Shown: positions 1-12,900 of the stretch, one piece after another
Numbering within the stretch: position 1 is the stretch's first letter
How the letters are laid out: the number at the start of each line of letters is the position of its first letter
Assembly: GCA_043771635.1 (NCBI GenBank)
Contig: JAYVHA010000007.1
Coordinates: forward strand, 2,233-66,232
From: Candidatus Woesearchaeota archaeon
GTDB taxonomy: Archaea; Nanobdellota; Nanobdellia; Woesearchaeales; SKIA01
DNA length: 64,000 nucleotides
Direction of reading: 5' to 3'
Made by a program: the position numbers and the translations under genes
The notes under the pieces: model-generated
Seen by the model: only the letters and a program-made list of their open reading frames with translations
Database searches by the model: none
What the model was told of the DNA's origin: nothing

Positions 1-3000
1 TGCTCTCACAGATCCAATAGATAATAAACAAACTGCCTCACAGCGTTCTGAACCCAGCTCACGATCCCTTTTAATAGGTGAACACCCTCACCCTTGGCCG
101 CTTGTGCACGGCCAGGATAGGAAGAGCCGACATCGATGTAGCAAGCCGCGCCGTCGATTTGAGCTCTCGGGCGCGACAACTCTGTTATCCCCGGAGTAAC
201 TTTTCGGTCATACCTAACTCCCATCAAGGAAGTATAGGGGTTCGCTAGGCCACGGTTTCCCGACTGGAATCTGTCTTGTTATGATTCCAGTTAAGCTGAC
301 TTTTACCCTTGCATTCTACGTCCGATTTCTGTCCGGACTGAGTCAACCATTGGGCACCATCGATACCGTTTCGATGGTGTGCCACCCCAGCCAAACTGTC
401 CACCTGCAGGTGTTCTCTTGTGGAGTAAGCGATGTAATAATCGAAGGGTAGTCTTACACCTTTCGCCTCCCCGTTACCTGGCGGCAACGGATCGACAGCT
501 CCTACCTATACCTCTACAACAATCATCACACCACAGCTACAGGCTACAGTAAAGTTTCACGGGGTCTTCACTTCCCATTGGATCTCTCTGGCTTTTGCAC
601 CAGAAAAGAGTTTTCGGAGGGTTCCAGATGGGGACAGTGGGAATCTCGTTGCGCCATTCATGCAGGCCGTCAATTAAACGGCAAGGCATTTCGCTCTGAT
701 TTGTTACTGTCTTCGTAAGAAGAACTGGCATACTAATTTCTTGCACGCTCAGAAGTAAAACTTCTGGCGTCCCGAAACTTTCGTTTCGTGGATGCTCTGC
801 ATATCGCTATGCAGGTCGGACTCTATCTTCACACTTGCGTGCGTTCAGCGTATTAGTCTCTGAGGATTCTGTACTTGCGTACAGTCTTTCCTGCTGATTG
901 GCTCCAGCACACGAATTGTCACTGCTCTTTCGAGCGAGTATCGGTGCATACTATGAATTTGTTACAATTCACGTACAAGAAATCTCTATTTCTGTGTACC
1001 GAGCTTTTCCAGCATATGGCTGAATTAACACTCACAGCCTCGCGGCCATGGTGCAGAAGTTCTTGCGAAATCCTTATATCTCGAATTACTTGGCGCGTCT
1101 GTTTGTTTAACAAGCAACTACTCGAGTCTTAAAGCAACGATTTACCTTAAGAGAGTTATAGTTACCCCCGCCGTTTACCAGCCCTTAGCTCGGTTGAACC
1201 CGAGTTTTAGGTACTGGCACTGGGCAGACGTCACCAGCTATACTCACCCTTACGGGCTTGCAGCTAGTTGTGTTTTTGTTAAACAGTCGGACCCCCCTAG
1301 TCACTGCGCCCTGCGCTCGCCTTGCGACGAGTACAGGGACCCCTTATGCCGAAGGCACGGGGCTATTTTGCCGAGTTCCCTCACCTGGATTGATCCCTTC
1401 ACACCTAAGGCTTCTCACCTAGGGGCACCTGTGCCGGTTCTGGGTACGGACAGAGTGGACTTGTATGCACTCCTTTTTCATGGGCACCAGGCATCAGCGT
1501 AATACAACTTGCGTCATACCATTCCTATGATTACTCCTCCGCTCATCGCTACGATACTTGGAGGACTTGCCATAGTTAGCGGCTCATCGCCGTACACCTA
1601 GCCCGATGCGTCAGTAGTTGCAATTTCGTTGCCGACTACCACTCCGGTTCCGGACTATTAACCGGATTCCCTTTCCGCGATACCTCGTTTTCCGAGGTTC
1701 GTTAGGACCGACTAACCCTCGGCTGATTTACATTGCCGAGGAACCCTTGCCCTTTCGGTGACGTGGATTCTCACCACGCTTTGATCCTACTATCACCAGG
1801 ATGCTCATTCCTGCGCGCTCCACCACAACTCACGAAGTGGCTTCTACGCACGCAGGACGCCTTACCTACCGCACACCCAATGGGTGGCCTAATGTATCGG
1901 TGAGCAGTTTAAGCCCCGTCCGTTTTAGGCGCCCGCGCTCTTGACGAGTAAGCTGTTACGCACTTTTTAAAGGATGGCTGCTTCTAAGCCAACCTCCTCG
2001 CTGTCTGTGAGCGCAGACAACCTTCACCCTTTAACACTGAACTGCTACTGTGGGACCTTAACATTAGTCTGGGTTGTTCCCCTCTCCCAGCGCAAGTTTA
2101 CCCCGCGCCGGCGTCTCCGGACGTCTACGATGTCCACGCATTCGGAGTTGGACAAGAGCCCGAACCCTTTCGAGTCCTGAAGCCCCAATCCGTCGCTCTA
2201 CCGCGCAGACTATCTCAGTCCAGGCTTGACTACGGCCAACTTTGGTAGGAACCAGCTATCACGGTTCTCGATTGGCTTTTTACCCCTACTCCCAGGTCAG
2301 AAGAACACTTGTACGTAGAACCTCTGCGGCCCTCCACGCAGTTTTACCCGCGCTTCAGCCTGCCCAGGGGTAGATCGAACCGCTTCGGGTCGTAAATCTG
2401 TGACTGCAGGCACTTTCATACCTCGCCCCTCATTGCTTGCGGGCTTGTCGCTTTCGCTACGCATACCTCTCTTCGAGTTATGCTTGCCACTGACATACAC
2501 TCCCTGGCTCGTTATTCAAAACGAACGATGCACGACCAATCTTTCGGCCGCGCATCACACTATCAGTAATTGGTTTCAGATTCTTTTCACTCCCTGTTAC
2601 GGGTTCTTTTCAGCTTTCCCTCGCGGTACTATTCGCTATCGGACTCTATTTGTGTTTAGCGTTAGAGGTTGATGCCCCCTATCTTCATGCCTCATATCCA
2701 AGAGGCACTACTCTTGTGCAACCATTACCCTTCCGCATACCCCTACGGGTCTGTCACCCTCTCAGGAGCCTCGTTCCAGAGGACTTCGGGTCTGCGGTGT
2801 CGGGTAGGCGATGCACCCACATCTCCTGCATATTTCTATGCACGATTCAGTTTGCGCTGTGCCGTGTTCAGTCGCCCTTACTAGCGGCATCTCAATTGAT
2901 TTCTCTTCCTGCGGTTACTAAGACGTTTCAATTCACCGCGTTCGCTATCCTTTCGGATTCCATGGCGAGGTCGCATTCGGATATCCCGGGTTCAATCCCC

Positions 3001-3100
3001 GCGTGCGGGTCGCCCGGGCTTTGTGCAGCTTGCCACATCCTTCTTCGCCAATAGAGCCAAGCCATCCACCAATTACTATCATTATCAGATCATTTAATTA
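1..3100 (-). rRNA. rrl: 23S rRNA, partial (3' end lies left of window); contains ~445-nt intervening sequence
   Basis: Reverse complement of 1-230 reads GGGGATAACAGAGTTGTCGC...CATCGATGTCGGCTCTTCC (23S domain V). rc of ~540-565 gives AAGACCCCGTGAAAC. rc of 3040-3095 gives GGTGGATGGCTTGGC..GGCGAAGAAGGATGTGGCAAGCTGC (23S 5' region). Boundaries approximate. Confidence 0.9.
696..1142 (-). other. intervening sequence/intron inside 23S rRNA (no ORF), inserted in the helix 69-71 region
   Basis: Exon sequence on the rRNA sense strand reads ..GTAACTATAACTCTCTTAAGGTA | ~445 nt | AGCGAAATGCCTTGCC..CCTGCATGAATGG. The universally contiguous GGTAGCGAAAT is interrupted. Junctions are approximate to a few nt. 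Confidence 0.6.
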
Positions 3101-3380
3101 TCACCAAAGGTGTTATTTCCGAAATTCTACGGTATTGCTACTGTAAAATCCAGTCTTAACTTATATTGGAATCATCCCTGCCTATGCACGACCACATGAA
3201 CGTAATGTTGGACATTCGTTTAGGTCCTGTGAGCCACAAGTTTCCTTGTGACTGGCACCCCAATCTCTCTTTGGGGACACGCACGTATTGCGCCTGGTTT
3301 GGTCATTTAACTTTCGTTATTTGACCGATGGACTCGCCGGTAACCGCGCACTTTCGTGCTTGGGAACCGTCTTCGTCCGA

Positions 3381-3452
3381 TGGACTCGCCGGGATTTGAA
3401 CCCGGAGCCTCCCGCGTGCAAGGCGGGCGCTCTACCGTTGAGCTACGAGCCC
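3381..3452 (-). tRNA. tRNA-Ala (anticodon TGC) in 16S-23S spacer
   Basis: rc = GGGCTCGTAGCTCAACGGTAGAGCGCCCGCCTTGCACGCGGGAGGCTCCGGGTTCAAATCCCGGCGAGTCCA. Cloverleaf with 7-bp acceptor stem (one G-T), anticodon loop CTTGCAC, T-loop TTCAAAT. No encoded CCA. Confidence 0.85.
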
Positions 3453-3631
3453 TTCCTTGCGGAGGCTTCTCCATCCTGCTGTTTCCAGCCGGACGGCAGA
3501 GTCCTAAAATATATACACGGAAAGTCTTTCGAAAATTCACCTTAGTTACCACGCCACGTGTTTAACTAAAGTTCAACCTCTCATTTACTGACAATCATCG
3601 CCCGAAAGCGCGACTATCTTAAAATAGAGTG

Positions 3632-5102
<1,471 letters not shown>

Positions 5103-5743
5103 GTTAGAATTGTACGTTACGTCTTTATGGACGCACGACTGCACACTAAAACTTTAATCGATTGACTTTCCGTGTACCCGTACTAGACACTGCTGTCTGG
5201 CACGTTTTTTTATGTTACGAAGACTTCGAAAAGCCTTCTAAGCATATCCCGATAGCGCGAGGCTGTTGGGAGTGTGGCGCGGATGATTTCGCAATTGAAT
5301 GCGATACTCGATGGAACTCGGCCCCTTTTATAAGCTTATCGGCGCAGCTATTTTGCATGATATTTCTGCAAGCACATACATTCGCTGTGGCGCATTAGTT
5401 TAACAAATTTGTGATTTACCCTCGGAGAAATGTCGCTTGTAAGCGGAGACCTGTGCGGAATTTATGCAGAGTACGCAGAACTTGAAGCGCATTGAAGTGC
5501 ATTCCGGACAAAATTTCAAGTAATTATTACAGCAATTTATACCTAAATTTTACGCTGACAAAATCATGAAAAAATGTACTAACCTATTGATTAGCTGAAA
5601 CAGTCATCAATAATCCCTATTATTTGTGCACATCAGTTATGAAGATAGATAGTAAATAGCATTCAGTCTGGCAGGAAGCGGAATCAATAGATAGTACTGA
5701 GCACACGTAGTAGTCTTAAAGGTATAATAGCGCACGCAAACAC
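5103..5743 (-). promoter_or_regulatory. rRNA operon upstream/promoter region (AT-rich, non-coding)
   Basis: 640 bp non-coding AT-rich stretch immediately 5' (in transcript sense) of the 16S start. No individual promoter mapped. Confidence 0.4.
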
Positions 5744-6433
5744 TCAAAAGCGCTCGTATCCTGATTGGCTTTCAGCATGCAGGTACCAAGACGCAGCAAG
5801 CCCAGTTTGAGTAGAACCTCTAGTTACTGCGTGTGAAATATCATCAAGCGTTGCGAGCGCATAGATTGGAACGGAGTGGCCTGCCAAGTCAGAGAATCGC
5901 TCATGCAGCTGATTTAGAGTTTTTTCTCGACGCTTTGCGCGCTCAGTAGCTAGTAGTGAAATAACGCCACGGCAAGACTTCAGCGAACGCGAACCTAAGT
6001 TAGACTTAGTAACTAAATTCCGCGCACCTTTTGCAGTATGGGCGTCCAAGTACACAATCCCTCTCGCCTCTTCAACGAAGTCGTCATTTGCTGCCCCAGC
6101 AATAATAGACATATAATTTGTAGCGCGCATAGGAACGAACGCGTTTCCAAGTAAATGAAAAGTACTTGCCGCACTTCTTAGGGATGTGACCAATTGCTCA
6201 AGACTCTTTGGAGCGGTAAGCGGTACTGCAGAGAAACATAGCTCTTTGGGATGGACCGGCTCGTTAAAATCCGGACCTACTCCATCTTGAAAGCCTATAG
6301 CGCCACTAGAAATAAGCAAACTAACGTAGTCGCTGTGTCCAGGCCAGTCCGCAGTACCGTTCTTCATTTTAAACCGGAGCGACTCCTGATTTATAGGAGT
6401 TATGCTATTGTCTAAATTGAATACGCTACACAA
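5744..6433 (-). CDS. hypothetical protein (229 aa)
   Basis: Long ORF with protein-like composition. No motif recognised with confidence. Confidence 0.4.
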   Translation of the reverse strand: MCSVFNLDNSITPINQESLRFKMKNGTADWPGHSDYVSLLISSGAIGFQDGVGPDFNEPVHPKELCFSAVPLTAPKSLEQLVTSLRSAASTFHLLGNAFVPMRATNYMSIIAGAANDDFVEEARGIVYLDAHTAKGARNLVTKSNLGSRSLKSCRGVISLLATERAKRREKTLNQLHERFSDLAGHSVPIYALATLDDISHAVTRGSTQTGLAASWYLHAESQSGYERF

Positions 6434-6661
6434 ACCAACACTAGAATAAGTAGATTAACTACTTACTTGTTGCGACGACGGCGCTTCTCTTTCTTCATAC
6501 GCTTACGCTGCCACTTCCAGCGCATCTGGCCTTTCTTCTTCCAGCGTCGTGAACTTCGCTTCATCAATTCCTGAGGAAAAATTGTCGGTTTATAAAGCTA
6601 TGGGTGCGGTGCATTTTAGAATGAAATTATTAACGTTCTATCAGGACTGCCGTCGCTGCGC

Positions 6662-7384
6662 TTATCGCTTTTTTTTACTCCGCCGTCCTTCTTGCAGTAA
6701 ATCTATCTCCATTTCTTGCATCTCAAGTAGGCGATGCCACTGCTGTTGCGTCAGATAATCAATCTTTTCGTGCAACTGCCGTATCTGTAGTTCCGCCTTG
6801 AGATTAACTTTGTAATCGTTTTCAGCGCGCAGTTCACTGCGCTTGCTCTGTACGTTTTGACTAATCATAATGAACGTAGCTAGAAAGATTGCCTCGAGTG
6901 AAACCACCATAGTTAACAGACCATACGGGAAAGGATCGAACACAAGACCCGCGCCAAAATGCCCGTCGTTTACCAGAATCCAAGCTATAAACCAAACGAT
7001 ATGTAAGCAAACAAAAAGCATGGAGCCGGAGAACGCAGTAATCGCATCAGAGATACGGATACCAATAGTGCGTTTGCGCGCTATCTGTGCATCAATGTTG
7101 CGTGCAAGAGTCTCGTGATTTATTAGACTCTTAATAACCTCGTGATCAATTTTTGTCAGTTCACCTTTTTCTGCAAGAAGTACATTTTCAATGTGCTTTT
7201 GTCTAAAAGTAACGAGGTCACGTCGACAAACATAGTCCGTCACCTTAAGTTTTGGATAGCGCTGCGCAACTAGTTCTGCAACACTTGGACGAATGCTCTC
7301 GAAAATGCGACACTCTGAGGCGAGCTTATCTTTACCGCATATTCCGCAAACTACGACGCGCCGCGGTACAAGTATTTTGCTCAT
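6662..7384 (-). CDS. DUF1003-family membrane protein with N-terminal Cys-rich (zinc-ribbon-like) segment
   Basis: Motif FDPFPYGLLTMVVSLEAIFLATFIMISQNVQSKRSELRAENDYKVNLKAE. N-terminal CGICGK..C. 4-nt overlap with upstream paralog. Confidence 0.55.
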   Translation of the reverse strand: MSKILVPRRVVVCGICGKDKLASECRIFESIRPSVAELVAQRYPKLKVTDYVCRRDLVTFRQKHIENVLLAEKGELTKIDHEVIKSLINHETLARNIDAQIARKRTIGIRISDAITAFSGSMLFVCLHIVWFIAWILVNDGHFGAGLVFDPFPYGLLTMVVSLEAIFLATFIMISQNVQSKRSELRAENDYKVNLKAELQIRQLHEKIDYLTQQQWHRLLEMQEMEIDLLQEGRRSKKKR

Positions 7385-8238
7385 ACGTCTGAGCCGTCCA
7401 TGTCACGAATACGCTCCTCTTTTGCATCCTCCTTACGGCGCTTAAGTTGCTCGAGGCGCTCTGCCAGCTGCGGCTTACTTTCTTTAGGGTGGAGTTGCGC
7501 GCGTAGCTGCTCTTCCTCGACTAGATCTTCTTGCTCTTTAAGTTCGCGCAGGAGCGCAAGAATCTCAGCCACTCCTTTCTCAGACTTTATGTTCGTTTGA
7601 TAATCAAGTTCTGCGCGTAGTTCACTACGCTTATTCTGTACGTTTTGGCTAATCATAATGAACGTAGCTAGAAATATTGCCTCAAGCGACACTATCATAG
7701 TTAGTAGACCATACGGAAACGGATCAAACACAAAGTCAGCACCGAACTGACCACCATTAAGCGCAATCCAAAAACCGAACCAAGCAATGTGGACATACAC
7801 AAACGTCATGCTGCCCGCAAAATTGGTAATAAGTTCTGCGATGCGTACCTGCACAGTTTCTACTTTTTCATATTCTACGTTCAGGTTTTTTGCTATGAAG
7901 TCAATAAGATTGTCAGTTGGTACCCAGCTAACTGCATCCGGCGCAACTTCTCCCTCGTCAGGAACTGTAAAATGCTCGCCTTTTTTGTACGCTTTCAGTT
8001 CATCGTTTTCTAGGCATTCGTACACTCCTGAGAAGGGTACAGTGTCGCCTACCGAATACTCACTCTTTCTGAGTAAGCCTAGATGGTATCGTCCGCGTTT
8101 TGCTGCGACGTTAACATCTCCAATAAGTTCGTCAGCCGATGGTATCGCGCCATTTGACGAACTAGATTTTGCTCCATCAGGCGAGGCGACTTGAGTCGGA
8201 GTTGCTTTTAAATCCTGATGTTCGCGATCGTCACTCAT
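7381..8238 (-). CDS. DUF1003-family membrane protein (paralog); start taken at internal Met (MSDDREHQ..)
   Basis: FDPFPYGLLTMIVSLEAIFLATFIMISQNVQNKRSELRAELDY near C-terminus. The maximal ORF runs to 8409 but would overlap the divergent gene at 8379. Confidence 0.5.
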   Translation of the reverse strand: MSDDREHQDLKATPTQVASPDGAKSSSSNGAIPSADELIGDVNVAAKRGRYHLGLLRKSEYSVGDTVPFSGVYECLENDELKAYKKGEHFTVPDEGEVAPDAVSWVPTDNLIDFIAKNLNVEYEKVETVQVRIAELITNFAGSMTFVYVHIAWFGFWIALNGGQFGADFVFDPFPYGLLTMIVSLEAIFLATFIMISQNVQNKRSELRAELDYQTNIKSEKGVAEILALLRELKEQEDLVEEEQLRAQLHPKESKPQLAERLEQLKRRKEDAKEERIRDMDGSDV

Positions 8239-8378
8239 AATAAATTGTGGAACTTGCGCTTTTAAACCGTTCCGGTTTATGTGTAAATTCTCAGCGGGAA
8301 TCCTTGGAGAGATTGACTCGGCCCAATAACGCAAGCGACATCCATAACACCTATAAACGCAGCCTTCTCCATACCTGC

Positions 8379-8876
8379 ATGAATTCGCGAAAATCAAACA
8401 AAAATCCAAATTTTATTGTGTTCGCGACACTTATGCTCATAGCACTATTTGTTTCGGCTTGCTCACAGAGTACGCCCCTGACCTCACCAGTAATCCCTAA
8501 TTCTTCGACACCAGCCCCAATAGTTCCGACACCAGAGGTTCGACCTCCAATAGTTCCAACACCAGTCATACCAGGTGCTCCTGAGGAGAAACCAGTATCG
8601 CCACCTATTGTTACTGAGCCCGCACCTACAAAATCAGAAAGTATTACGGCCGCGGAACTTGCCTCTCACAATACCCGCAGTGACTGTTGGGTCGGATTTC
8701 AAGGAAACGCATACGATGTTACAGCTTGGCTTCCCAGGCATCCTGGAGGAGTTAGTTCAATCGCACGATATTGTGGAACTGCAAATGAGTTTGCTCAAGC
8801 ATTCGCGAATAAGCACGGAAGTGGAAAGGTCAATCTTCTGAAGAAAGAAGGTACACTAATGGGCGCGCTAGCCTGA
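8379..8876 (+). CDS. secreted/lipoprotein-like cytochrome b5-like heme-binding domain protein with Pro/Thr-rich linker
   Basis: Signal-like MNSRKSNKNPNFIVFATLMLIALFVSAC. PT-rich repeat (PIVPTP). C-terminal b5 fold motif DCWVGFQGNAYDVTAWLPRHPGG. Confidence 0.55.
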   Translation: MNSRKSNKNPNFIVFATLMLIALFVSACSQSTPLTSPVIPNSSTPAPIVPTPEVRPPIVPTPVIPGAPEEKPVSPPIVTEPAPTKSESITAAELASHNTRSDCWVGFQGNAYDVTAWLPRHPGGVSSIARYCGTANEFAQAFANKHGSGKVNLLKKEGTLMGALA

Positions 8877-8887
8877 GTCATAATAAA

Positions 8888-9832
8888 TTACTTTGAGCTC
8901 GAAGACGCGCGGCCTGTCGAAACATAATGCGTTATTGTGCCACGCTCGTTAGTAACGGGAGTGATTTTCTTTTCTTCATAGTAGAGTTCTCCGTTCTTTT
9001 TCTTGTCTATAAATATTTCTTGAAACGTCTTTCCTGCCTTAATGGTTTTCCAAAGCCGCTCGTAAAATTCTCGCCCGTACACACCTGACTTCAGCACACG
9101 CGGGTTTTTCCCTAGCAACTCGCGCTGCGTATATCCCGATGACTTCTCAAATGCTTCATTCACATATTCTATGCTGCCCTTGCTATCAGTAATGCAAATA
9201 ATTTGTTCTGAATCCTTTATCGCCGCTAGTGCCGACGCAAGTTCGTCACGAATTGAGCATAGTCGAGTGCGGTTTTCTACAAGAATAATTAGCAATGGCT
9301 TGTCTCCATTTAAGCGCGTAATTGTAAGTCGGACTAATGAATCAAACTTATCTTTTAGCTCCGGCGATGCGCTCACTCCAGAATCAAACTGTCGTAATAG
9401 TAGTTTGCGCAGAGAAACGCTGGGCTTCGCCGTAAGAGTTTGGGCAAATGCTTTTCCAAGGCCACCATATACTTCCTGAAAGGCCGCATTTGCACGGCAC
9501 ACCATAAGACTATGATCGACTATTGCAAAACCTGTCGGCACTTCTTCAGTTACTTGGGCAAGCAATTGCCTCGTAAGCGGTAATGCAGACGATAGTGATC
9601 CTGATTGTAGCGGCGAGCTAGGATACCAAAGCGTCGCTGCACCCACTTTTCGATGTATCGCAATCCCTTCGATTTCTAGAAAGTGCAGATGCTTGGCCAT
9701 TGTGTGACGCTCCATCCCAAGCGTCTGCGCAAGACGCATCGTTGTGATTCCATCCAGTTTGTGTGTAAAAAGTGCCCTAACAATCGTTTCATGTCGCCAA
9801 GATGTTCGTACCATAAACACACTAGTATTCAC
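8888..9832 (-). CDS. transcriptional regulator, N-terminal winged-helix HTH plus PAS sensor domains
   Basis: N-terminal HTH-like region (MRLAQTLGMERHTMAKHLHFLEIEGIAIHRK). PAS-like blocks (ELLGKNPRVLKSGVY..FYERLW.., ITPVTNERGTITHYV). Confidence 0.55.
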   Translation of the reverse strand: MNTSVFMVRTSWRHETIVRALFTHKLDGITTMRLAQTLGMERHTMAKHLHFLEIEGIAIHRKVGAATLWYPSSPLQSGSLSSALPLTRQLLAQVTEEVPTGFAIVDHSLMVCRANAAFQEVYGGLGKAFAQTLTAKPSVSLRKLLLRQFDSGVSASPELKDKFDSLVRLTITRLNGDKPLLIILVENRTRLCSIRDELASALAAIKDSEQIICITDSKGSIEYVNEAFEKSSGYTQRELLGKNPRVLKSGVYGREFYERLWKTIKAGKTFQEIFIDKKKNGELYYEEKKITPVTNERGTITHYVSTGRASSSSK

Positions 9833-9919
9833 GTATTTAAATAAACTACCTGTACTGGTAATAAATTGAATTATAGCTTATATAGTTACTAGATTTTACC
9901 AGTATATGAGGGGATACAT

Positions 9920-12900
9920 ATGAGCAAAGTATCTGCGAGTAGCTTTTTCGCAATGTTTATACTGCTAATTTCAACCGCAGGTGTAAGCGCGCTTCCCGCG
10001 GGCTTTGAGCAAGTAAATGTTTTTACGGGCCTTGACAGCCCTGTGGCTGTGCGCTTCGCACCTGATGGTAGCGCGTTCGTTGCGGAGAAAGGGGGCAAGA
10101 TACAGTATTTTGCAAATCTAACAGCGACTAAAGTACTTACTGCTGACTTTAGTGCTGATGTGTATTCAAATGATGGCACCGATACAGGCTTGCTCGGTCT
10201 TGCTGTACACCCTCAGTACGGCGCCGGCAAAAATTATGTCTATGCACTATACACTCGCGAAAATTCTGTCTATCCTAGCGGACGACTTGTCAAACTGACA
10301 GTCAACCCACTCACAGGAATTATGCTTGACAGCGAAACAATTCTTGAAGGTTGGTGCCAAATGTCAAACACGCACTCCATTGGAGACTTACACTTCGGTC
10401 CCGACGGCGCACTTTATGTAAGCGGCGGGGAGGGCGCAAGTGCAGATAGCCTTGACTATGGACAAGTCGACTCGTCATCATACCCAGGTCAAACGTGCCA
10501 AGATCCGTTTGACGAAGCTGCAAACATACGCGAAGGCGGCTCGCTACGAAGCCAAGATATGATGACGGACACAGACCCGACAGGTCTCTCAGGTGCCATC
10601 CTTCGCATTGATCCGGAAACGGGACTTGCTATGCCAGGAAACCCTAACTACGGCAATGCTGATGAGAACAAAGCACGCATAATTGCATTCGGAGAACGTA
10701 ACCCCTACCGATTCACATTCCACCCACAAACAGGAGAAATTTGGACACAGAATACGGGCTGGTATAGCTGGGAAGAACTAAACCGCATTGAAGACCCAAC
10801 AGACGCCGTCATTGAAAACTTCGGCTGGCCGTGTTTCGAAGGCGACGTAGCTCAACCTGAATTTAAAACTAAGAACATAAGCATTTGTAATGCGCTTTAC
10901 GCAGATGATACTACGACTAAACCACATATTAAATTTACGTATGGCGATCGAAGATCCAGCTCAGGCCTTGCCTTCTACGAAGGAAGCACGTATCCTGCCG
11001 AATATAATGGAGCTCTGTTTGTAGCGGACGTAATTGGATACTTCACGCAAACTGATACTATCAGAGTAATTTATCCTGATGCTGATGGCTTGCCTGACGC
11101 GAGCCACATAGAATCCTTCGCAGGCCCATCCCTCGGACCTGTAGACTTGCAACTCGGTCCGGACGGTCTCATTTACGCAGCAGACATTTCTACATACACA
11201 ATTGTTCGAATTGAATATCATGCAGCAAACCCAGAAAGCTTTGGTACGCTCGCAATAACCAGTACTCCTCAAGGTGCAAGCATATCAATCGACGGAGCAC
11301 CACAAATTAACAGAACACCTACATCATTTGTGCTGCCGCAAGGAAATTATAGCATTACGTTAAGCATGACTGGTAGAAAAGATGCTACAGTTTCTACTAC
11401 TATAACCGCAAACAAGACAACGGACGTGCCTGTTTTGCTTGCAGTGGTAGATACTGGTATGCGATTTAATGCGGGCGGGCCAACCTATATTGACACGCAA
11501 GCTCGAACTTGGGCGCCCGACACAGCATACGTCATTGAACCAAGCGACTTTTTCACAAATCCCGCACCTATTTCTGATTCAGTTGAAGACGCACTATATC
11601 AAAGTGAGCGCTCGGCAATTCCAGGTAGCACTCAACTGGGTTACGAGTTTCCCGTACCAAATGGTAATTACATCGTCACACTACACTTCGCCGAAATTGA
11701 TTCTGCATTTCACCTTGAAGGGCTACGCGTATTCGATGCCTATGCTGAAGGAGAGGTAGTTAAGAACGACCTAGATATTTATGCGATTAGCGGCGCAGAC
11801 ACATCTAGTTCATACTTTACAACCGTGCCAGTTAGCGACGGAAACCTTTCAATTAACTTTGATGCCTCTGCAGGGTATCCTAAAGTTTCCGCAATTGAAA
11901 TTGTTCCGGTAGCAAATCAGTACACGTGCGCAGCAATCCATCAACATGACGATCCACTTACGGATTGCTGGCTCGTAGTTGACAGCTCTGTTTTTGACGT
12001 TACTGAAGCCTCGAAGTGGCATCCCGCAGCATACCACTGTGGAGAGAACATATCGGAAAATTATCATAGCAATCACGGACTTGTTATTAGGCCGCAGATG
12101 CTCAAGTTTCAAATCGGAATAACTGCCGATGTATGTCTGGCATACCAGCCAGAAGTAAACAATACTGATCCTAATCCAGTCACTGAACTATTTGTGCCTG
12201 AAGGCAGCTGGAACCCGCTTGAACTTATTAGTATTGTAGAGAGTACCAGCCACTCACTCCTGTTTGTTGACGGCACAACACACTCGCCAGTAGCGAGAAT
12301 TCATGATATTGGTGATAGACCCCACACTTCAGTATTCAGCCCTGAGGGCGATTTAATGTACATAATTTCGCGAGACGGATGGCTCTCAAAAATTGACTTG
12401 ACAACCTTAAAAGTAGCAGATTCAGCGCACGTTGGTGAGGACGCGCGCGGCACAGCAATAACTTCAGACGGCGCCATAGTGGCGGTCGGCAACTACGATC
12501 CACGCACAGTCGTACTGTTGAGCACACAAACTCTATCGACACTTGCAACATTCGAGCTAGTAGTAGAGCAGAATGGCACTAACGTAACATCACGCGCTGG
12601 TGCGCTGCTTGAGGATGGCGACAATATAATCGTTGCGCTTAAAGACGTAAATAGCGTATGGGTTATTGATGCTAAGACACTAACAGTTACACACAAGTAC
12701 TATAACATCGGCTCAAGCCAAACCCCACTTCACGATGGATTCGTCACGCCGAACGGTCAATACTTTATCGTAGCGGCGCAAGGCTCGAACACTGCATGGG
12801 TGCTAGACCTGGATACAATGACGCCTGTCGGTGAAGTACCCACAGGCCGTACGCCGCACACCGGCCGCGGCGCAGTATGGGGCGACTACGCGTTCGTTCC

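Noticed and set aside
6-3054. Many 60-134 aa ORFs in the six-frame track (e.g. 6-227, 245-487, 875-1132, 1194-1502, 2650-3054)
   Set aside because: They lie inside the 23S rRNA gene/intron (sequence matches conserved 23S blocks); spurious ORFs.
8247-8409. Longer starts for ORFs 8247-8876 (+) and 7381-8409 (-)
   Set aside because: They would overlap head-to-head by 160 nt; internal Mets (8379 with a clear signal peptide; 8238) give a clean divergent pair, so the extended N-termini are probably not translated.
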